From Eledone cirrhosa (taxonomy: Eukaryota): DNA of 64,000 nt. The notes under the pieces were generated by a model, which had not been told where the DNA came from, ran no database searches, and worked only from the letters and a program-made list of their open reading frames with translations. The position numbers and the translations under genes are program-made. Shown one piece after another: positions 54,407 to 64,000 of the stretch; the stretch's first letter is position 1, and every line of letters starts with the position of its first letter. Where the stretch lies: contig OZ024760.1 in assembly GCA_964016885.1 (NCBI GenBank), positions 5,084,001 to 5,148,000 on the forward strand. Reading direction: 5' to 3'.

Positions 54407-54477
54407 CATATATATACATATATACATATATATACATATATATATATATATATACATATATACATATATACATATAC

Positions 54478-54586
<109 letters not shown>

Positions 54587-54597
54587 CATATATATAC

Positions 54598-54638
<41 letters not shown>

Positions 54639-54641
54639 CAT

Positions 54642-55083
54642 GTAAAGTTATATTTAAAATTGTTGGGTTACAACTAGTAAATATTTATAACTGATATAAA
54701 AGCACTCGACAAATATTTGGAGTATATTTACAATATTAAATAAATGGAAAACTATATTTATAAAACCATATTTATTTCATTATATATATTTCGGGGATAT
54801 CGTATTAACAATATGCTATGCCTTCATCATAGATTCGACATACCGTAATAACACCGACTTCATTTGAAGAGGTTTACGCTGGCAGAGGTTTACGCTGCCA
54901 GCGTAAACCTCTTCAAATGAAGTCGGTGTTATTACGGTATGTCGAATCTATTTATCTATAAAACTGTTTATATTGTATTTTGTCTGATGAAGGCATAGCA
55001 TATTGTTAATATGATATCCCCGAAATATATATAATGAAATAAATATGGTTTTATAAATATAGTTTTCCATTTATTTAATATTG

Positions 55084-55085
<2 letters not shown>
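54642..55085 (-). mobile_element. ORF-less Penelope pLTR fold-back (tail + hairpin)
   Basis: Homologous to 4057-4290. Arms 54729-54885 and 54895-55085. Intact hammerhead at 54976-55041(+); the left arm has a ~35 bp deletion through its core. Confidence 0.85.
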
Positions 55086-55129
<44 letters not shown>

Positions 55130-55154
55130 CATATATATACATATATATATATAC

Positions 55155-55217
<63 letters not shown>

Positions 55218-55357
55218 CATATATATATACATATATATATATAGATACATATATATATAGCTCTGATTTATCTAAATTATTCAGCCCTCTGCCGCTCATA
55301 TCGAATTTTGTTTATCGTGAACTCGTGCGCCGATTTTTCGATACTCAATTATTCTAC

Positions 55358-55407
<50 letters not shown>

Positions 55408-55576
55408 TACATATATATATATATACATATATACATATACATATATACATATATATATATACATATATACATATATATATATACATATATATACATATAT
55501 GTATATACCTATATGTATATACATATATATACTTATATATACATACATATATATATATATATATACATATATATAC

Positions 55577-55664
<88 letters not shown>

Positions 55665-55711
55665 CTATATATATATGTATCTATATATATATGTGTATAT
55701 ATATATATATG

Positions 55712-55742
<31 letters not shown>

Positions 55743-55803
55743 GTATCTATATATATATGTATATATATATGTATATATATATATATGTATATATATCTAT
55801 ATG

Positions 55804-55903
<100 letters not shown>

Positions 55904-55916
55904 CATATATATATAC

Positions 55917-55947
<31 letters not shown>

Positions 55948-55976
55948 CATATATATATATACATATATATATATAC

Positions 55977-56025
<49 letters not shown>

Positions 56026-56048
56026 CATATATACATATATATATATAC

Positions 56049-56099
<51 letters not shown>

Positions 56100-56160
56100 C
56101 ATATATATATATACATATATATATATATACATTTATATATATATACACATATATATATAC

Positions 56161-56200
<40 letters not shown>

Positions 56201-56436
56201 ATATATACATATATATATATACACATATATATATACATATATATATATACATATATATATATATACACATATATATATATATACACATATATATATACAT
56301 ATATATATACATATATATATAGATACATATATATATATACACATATATATATACGTATATATATACATATATATATAGATACATATATATATATATATAT
56401 ATACATATATACATATATATATATATACATATATAC

Positions 56437-56469
<33 letters not shown>

Positions 56470-57719
56470 CATATATGTATATACCTATATGTATATACAT
56501 ATATATACTTATATATATATACATACATATATATATATACATTTATATATATATATATACATATATATATATACATATAGTATTATGGATACTATTTATG
56601 GTTATGTATATACTAAAACCTTTTATAGTTATATATATTTTATACCCTAAACAGTGAAAGACAGTAATTTAATACTACCTTATTACCAGTAAGATAAATA
56701 GCTCAATGTAATAACATCAGTTGTTATACAGAGCAGTTATATAGAGATTACATGAAACAAAGTTCTGTTTAAATCATTTATTTGCTTACAATTGTTTCTT
56801 CCAAACCGAGGTTTGGAGTCTTCGGAGCAATTATTCAGTGATTTTTAACATACTTGACCTCCTTTTCAACACAAGTGACATATAGAAACATATGTATACA
56901 TTGACCCACAGTGGGTTGACATCCATTATAATAATATAGCATGGTAATTTACATACAAAGATTACAGTCATATTAAAGGACAAAATTAAAGTTAAAATTA
57001 AAATAAAACATTGGCAGTATACTAAGATAAAGCAAGAGGAAAGTTTGGAGTAGCCAGTGTATGTAACAGTCACACATGTGGCATGCACGCGTGTCCTATT
57101 TATACAAGATTATAGTGCGGCAGATTGTTACAAGTAAAACAAGCAGTCAAAGCAGGCAATCAAGAGCATCATGGGGGCTGTACTTGTAGAGGATTATTCA
57201 CACACACCTGTACGATATCAAGCCCGTGTGTGGAGAAACACCAAAAATATCAAAAATGAGAAGCAAAACAGCACCAGTGTCCTCGTACACACCACCACTC
57301 TCACAATCCAGGAAACGCAATTTATAGACTACATGTCCATCTCACAATCCACGATGATTCAACATTGGGTGTCTGGTGAACCATGCTAGAACATCACAGC
57401 TTGTCGTTCATTAATTCGATTCTATAGAGTAGGTTGTTTTTGTTGTGAGAGATGACATCGTATTATATTCCGGAAGTGTGTGTGTGATTAAGGGGAGTTA
57501 ATGCTTAAAGGGAGGTACCTAGCTGATTTCTATAGCTAAATTTATTATCCTAAAGTACATTAATGGTGTCTCAAATGAGTTCCTATCATATAAGGTTATA
57601 AACAATTTCTAAATTTAAGTATTTTATCTATAAATTACAGTGTAGTCTATCAAGAAGTACTAAAGGTTTTCATATTAGGATGATTACCTTCTATCATATA
57701 GTGCCCCCACCGAATATTC

Positions 57720-60700
57720 CCCATAAAAAAACGGAGCACCCAAATAAAATAAAGGGGCACCCAAATAAAAAAACGGGGCACACACATAAAAAACGGGGCA
57801 CCGAAATAAAAAAACCGGGCACCCAAATAAAGAACGGGGCACCCAAATAAAAAACGGTCCCCCCATATAAAAACGGGGCACCAAAATATAAAAACGGGAC
57901 ACCCAAATAAAAAACGGTGCACCCAAGTAAAAAACAGACCCCCCATAAAAAAACGGGGCACCCAAATAAAAAACGGTCCCCCCCCCATAAAAAACGGGGC
58001 ACCCAAATAAAATAACGGGGCACCCAAATAAAAAAACGGGGAAGCCAAATAAAATACGGGGCACCCAATTAAAAAATGGGGCACCCAAATAAAAAAACGG
58101 GGCACCCAAATAAAAAAATGGGGCACCCAAATAAAAAAAAAGGGTCACCCATATAAAAAAAGGGCACCCAAATAAAAAAACGGGGCACCCAAATAAAAAA
58201 ACGGGGCACCCAAATAAAAATGGTCCCCCCATAAAAAACGGGGCACCCAAATAAAAAAATGGGGCACCCAAATAATAAACGGGGCACCCAAATAAAAAAC
58301 GGACCCCCATAAAAAAGTGAGGCACCCAAATAAAATAACGGGGCACCCAAATAGAATAACGGGGCACCTAAATAAAAAAACGGGACACCCAAATAAAAAA
58401 CGGGGCACCCAAATAAAATAACGGGGCACCCAAATAAAAAAAACGGGGCACCCACATAAAAAAACGGGGCACCCAAATAAAAAACGAAACACCCAAATAA
58501 AAAACGGTCCACCCCATATAAAAACGGTGAACCCAAATAAAAAAACCGGACACCCAAATAAAAAACGGGGCACCCAAATAAAAAACAGACACCCCCCCCC
58601 ATAAAAAAACGGGGCACCCAAATAGAAAACGGTCCCTCCCCCCATGAATAACGGGGCACCCAAATAAAATAGCGGGGTACCCAAATAAAAAGAACGGGGC
58701 ACCCAAATAAAAAACGGGGCACCCAAATAAAAAACGGTCCGTCCCCCCCATAAAAAAACGGGGCACCCAAATAAAAAACGGGGCACCCAAATAAAAAACG
58801 GTCCCCCCCATAAAAAAACGGGGCACCCAAATAAAAAACAGGCCCCCCAATATAAAAACGGGGCACCCAAATAAAAAACAGGCCCCCCCATAAAAAACGG
58901 GGCAACCAAATAAAAAACGAGGCACCCGAATATAAAACGGGGCACCCAAATAAAAAAACGGGGCACCCAAATAAAAAAATTGGGGTACCCAAATCAAATA
59001 ACGGGGCACCCAAATAAAAAACTGGGCACCCAAATAAAAAACGGTCACCCACCCCATAAAAAAACGGGGCACCCAAATAAAAAACGGGGCACCGAATGAA
59101 AAACGGACCCCCCCCCCCATAAAAAGATGGGGCACCCACATAAAGTAACGGGGAACCCAAATAAAATAACGGGGCACCCAAATAAAAAAACGGGGCACCC
59201 AAATAAAAATACGGGACATCGAACAAGAAAAACGGGGCACCCAAATTAAAAGATGGGGCACCGAAATAAAAAAACGGGCACCCAAATAAAAAAAACGGGG
59301 CACCCAAATAAAAAAACGGGGCACCCAAATAAAAAACGGTCCCCCCATAAAAAAACGGGGCATCCAAATAAAAAAATGGGGCACCCAAATAAAAAACGGG
59401 TCACCCAAATAATAAACAGGGCACCCAAATAAAAAAAACGGGACATCGAACAAGAAAAACAGGGCACCCAAATTAAAAGATGGGGCACCGAAATAAAAAA
59501 ACGGGCACCCAAATAAAAAAAACGGGACACCCAAATAAAAAAACGGGGCACCCAAATAAAAAACGGTCCTCCCATAAAAAAACGGGGCATCCAAATAAAA
59601 AAATGGGGCACCCAAATAAAAAACGGGTCACCCAAATAATAAACGGGGCACCCAAATAAAAAAACGGTCCCCCCCCCCATATAAAAACGGGGCACCAAAA
59701 TAAAAAAAGGGACACCCAAATAAAAAAAAACGGGGCACCCACATAAAAAAACGGGGCACCCAAATAAAAGGACGGGACACCCAAATGAAAAATGGGGCAC
59801 CCAAATAAAAAAAGGGGCACCCAAATAAAAAACGGGACACCCAAATAAAAAACGGGGCACCCAAATAAAAAACTGGGCACCCATATAAAAATCAGACCCC
59901 CCATAAAAAAACGGGGCACCAAAATAGAAAACGGTCCCTCCCCCCATAAATAACAGGGCACCCAAATAAAAAAACGGGGCACCCAAATAAAAATACGTGG
60001 CACCCAAATAAAAAACGGGGCACCCAAATAAAAAACAGGCCCCCCCATAAAAAACGGGGCACCCAAATAAAAAACGAGGCACCCGAATATAAAACGGGAC
60101 ACCCAAATAAAAAAACGGGGCACCCAAATAAAAAAATTGGGGTACCCAAATCAAATAACGGGGCACCCAAATAAAAAGACTGGGCACCCAAATAAAAAAC
60201 GGTCAACCACCCCATAAAAAAACGGGGCACCCAAATAAAAAACGGGGCACCCAAATTAAAAAATGGGGCACCGAATGAAAAACGGACCCCCCCCCATAAA
60301 AAGATGGGGCACCCACATAAAGTAACGGGGAACCCAAATAAAATAACGGGGCACCCAAATAAAAAAACGGGGCACCCAAATTAAAAGATGGGGCACCGAA
60401 ATAAAAAAACGGGCACCGAAATAAAAAAAAGGGGACACCCAAATAAAAAAACGGGGCACCCAAATAAAAAACGGTCCCCCCATAAAAAAACGGGGCATCC
60501 AAATAAAATAGCGGGGTACCCAAATAAGAAAAACGGAGCACCCAAATAAAAAACGGGGCACCCAAATAAAAAAACGGGACACCCAAATAAAAATATGGGG
60601 CACCCAAATAAAAATACGAAGCACCCAAATAAAAAACGGGGCACCCAAATAAAAAACGCCCCCCCCCCCCATAAAATACGGGGCACCCAAATAAAATAAA

Positions 60701-63700
60701 GGGGCACCCAAATAAAAAACTGGGCCCCCAATTAAAAAACGGTCCTACCCCCATAAAATAACGAGGCACCCAAATAAAAAAACGGGGCACCCAAATAAAA
60801 ATGGTCCCCCCATAAAAAACGGGGCACCCAAATAAAAAAATGGGGCACCCAAATAATAAACGGGGCACCCAAATAAAAAACGGACCCCCATAAAAAAGTG
60901 AGGCACCCAAATAAAATAACGGGGCACCCAAATAGAATAACGGGGCACCCAAATAAAAAAACGGGACACCCAAATAAAAAACGGGGCACCCAAATAAAAT
61001 AACGGGGCACCCAAATAAAAAGAACGGGGCACCCACATAAAAAAACGGGGCACCCAAATAAAAAACGAAACACCCAAATAAAAAACGGTCCACCCCATAT
61101 AAAAACGGTGAACCCAAATAAAACACGGGGCACCCAAATAAAAAACAGACCCCCCCCATAAAAAAACGGGGCACCCAAATAGAAAACGGTCCCTCCCCCC
61201 ATAATTAACGGGGCACCCAAATAAAATAGCGGGGTACCCAAATAAAAAAAAACGGGGCACCCAAATAAAAAACGGGGTACCCAAATAAAAAACGGTCCGT
61301 CCTCCCCCATAAAAAAACGGGGTACCCAAATAAAAATACGGGGCACCCAAATAAAAAACGGGGCACCCAAATAAAAAACGGTCCCCCCCATAAAAAAACG
61401 GGTCACCCAAATAAAAAACAGGCCCCCCCATAAAAAACGGGGCACCCAAATAAAAAAAAAGGGTCACCCATATAAAAAAAGGGCACCCAAATAAAAAAAC
61501 GGGGCACCCAAATAAAAAAACGGTGCACCCAAATAAAAATGGTCCCCCCATAAAAAACGGGGCACCCAAATAAAAAAAATGGGGCACCCAAATAATAAAC
61601 GGGGCACCCAAATAAAAAACGGACCCCCATAAAAAAGTGAGGCACCCAAATAAAATAACGGGGCACCCAAATAGAATAACGGGGCACCTAAATAAAAAAA
61701 CGGGACACCCAAATAAAAAACGGGGCACCCAAATAAAATAACGGGGCACCCAAATAAAAAAAACGGGGCACCCACATAAAAAAACGGGGCACCCAAATAA
61801 AAAACGAAACACCCAAATAAAAAACGGTCCACCCCATATAAAAACGGTGAACCCAAATAAAAAAACCAGACACCCAAATAAAAAACGGGGCACCCAAATA
61901 AAAAACAGACACCCCCCCCATAAAAAAACGGGGCACCCAAATAGAAAACGGTCCCTCCCCCCATGAATAACGGGGCACCCAAATAAAATAGCGGGGTACC
62001 CAAATAAAAAGAACGGGGCACCCAAATAAAAAACGGGGCACCCAAATAAAAAACGGTCCGTCCCCCCCATAAAAAAACGGGGTACCCAAATAAAAATACG
62101 GGGCACCCAAATAAAAAACGGGGCACCCAAATAAAAAACGGTCCCCCCCATAAAAAAACGGGGCACCCAAATAAAAAACAGGCCCCCCCATAAAAAACGG
62201 GGCAACCAAATAAAAAACGAGGCACCCGAATATAAAACGGGGCACCCAAATAAAAAAACGGGGCACCCAAATAAAAAAATTGGGGTACCCAAATCAAATA
62301 ACGGGTCACCCAAATAAAAAACTGGGCACCCAAATAAAAAACGGTCACCCACCCCATAAAAAAACGGGGCACCCAAATAAAAAACGGGGCACCGAATGAA
62401 AAACGGACCCCCCCCCCCCATAAAAAGATGGGGCACCCACATAAAGTAACGGGGAACCCAAATAAAATAACGGGGCACCCAAATAAAAAACGGTCCACCC
62501 ATAAAAAAACCGGGCATCCAAATAAAAAAATGGGGCACCCAAATAAAAAACGGGTCACCCAAATAATAAACAGGGCACTCAAATAAAAAAACGGGACATC
62601 GAACAAGAAAAACGGGGCACCCAAATTAAAAGATGGGGCACCGAAATAAAAAAACGGGCACCCAAATAAAAAAAACGGGACACCCAAATAAAAAAACGGG
62701 GCACCCAAATAAAAAACGGTCCCCCCATAAAAAAACGGGGCATCCAAATAAAAAAATGGGGCACCCAAATAAAAAACGGGTCACCCAAATGATAAACGGG
62801 GCACCCAAATAAAAAAACGGTCCCCCCCCATATAAAAACGGGGCACCAAAATAAAAAAAGGGACACCCAAATAAAAAAAAACGGGGCACCCACATAAAAG
62901 GACGGGACACCCAAATGAAAAATGGGGCACCCAAATAAAAAAGGGGGCACCCAAATAAAAAACGGGACACCCAAATAAAAAACGGGGCACCCAAATAAAA
63001 AACTGGGCACCCATATAAAAATCAGACCCCCCATAAAAAAACGGGGCACCAAAATAGAAAACGGTCCCTCCCCCCATAAATAACAGGGCACCCAAATAAA
63101 AAAACGGGGCACCCAAATAAAAATACGTGGCACCCAAATAAAAAACGGGGCACCCAAATAAAAAACAGGCCCCCCCATAAAAAACCGGGCACCCAAATAA
63201 AAAACGAGGCACCCGAATATAAAACGGGGCACCCAAATAAAAAAATTGGGGTACCCAAATCAAATAACGGGGCACCCAAATAAAAAAACTGGGCACCCAA
63301 ATAAAAAACGGTCAACCACCCCATAAAAAAACGGGGCACCCAAATAAAAAACGGGGCACCCAAATTAAAAAATGGGGCACCGAATGAAAAACGGACCCCC
63401 CCCCCATAAAAAGATGGGGCACCCACATAAAGTAACGGGGAACCCAAATAAAATAACGGGGCACCCAAATAAAAAAACGGGGCACCCAAATTAAAAGATG
63501 GGGCACCGAAATAAAAAAACGGGCACCGAAATAAAAAAAACGAGACACCCAAATAAAAAAACGGGGCACCCAAATAAAGAACGGTCCCCCCATAAAAAAA
63601 CGGGGCATCCAAATAAAATAGCGGGGTACCCAAATAAGAAAAACGGAGCACCCAAATAAAAAACGGGGCACCCAAATAAAAAAACGGGACACCCAAATAA

Positions 63701-64000
63701 AAATACGGGGCACCCAAATAAAAATACGTAGCACCCAAATAAAAAACGGGGCACCCAAATAAAAAACGCCCCCCCCCCCCATAAAATACGGGGCACCCAA
63801 ATAAAATAACGGGGCACCCAAATAAAAAACTGGGTCCCCAATTAAAAAACGGTCCTACCCCCATAAAATAACGAGGCACCCAAATAAAAAAACGGGGCAC
63901 CCAAATAAAAATGGTCCCCCCATAAAAAACGGGGCACCCAAATAAAAAAATGGGGCACCCAAATAATAAACGGGGCACCGAAATAAAAAACGGACGCCCA
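57720..64000. repeat. ~21 bp satellite (GGGGCACCCAAATAAAAAAAC) with ~3.1-3.3 kb higher-order duplication
   Basis: Diagnostic variants recur: agggtcacccatat at ~58141 and ~61460, atcagacccc at ~59891 and ~63021, aaacgcccccc at ~60655 and ~63765. Confidence 0.95.

Noticed and set aside
57171-57480. Possible first exon or promoter (72 aa ORF, CCGGAAGT motif at ~57469)
   Set aside because: No recognisable domain, signal peptide or convincing splice sites, and it lies beyond a scaffold gap.
57650-63978. Hydrophobic FYLGAP/IWVPRF ORFs
   Set aside because: Translations of the 21 bp satellite in several overlapping frames.

Overview
AT-rich, microsatellite-laden animal DNA. The SINE/RTE repertoire and (TA)n load suggest an octopus or other cephalopod (inference). 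Seven phase-1 exons on the minus strand (35346 down to 11033) encode LDLa-MAM-LDLa x4 of a large extracellular or receptor protein whose ends lie outside the exons I could identify. The introns hold two RTE LINEs, RTE, R4-type and CR1-type fragments, SINEs and MITEs. They also hold a Penelope-like retroelement (RT + CxCx5Cx5C linker + GIY-YIG) flanked by 1.07 kb inverted pseudo-LTRs that carry minimal hammerhead ribozymes. A 15 kb 58-66 bp satellite runs to a 200-N gap, and a ~21 bp satellite with higher-order structure fills the last 6.3 kb. The most notable signal is about 18 short palindrome or palindrome-plus-tail elements from several unrelated sequence families, nearly all inside (TA)n tracts, together with about 9 hammerhead cores. 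I read these as fold-back Penelope pLTR insertions that target TA microsatellites. All giant ORFs in the ORF track are repeat artefacts.
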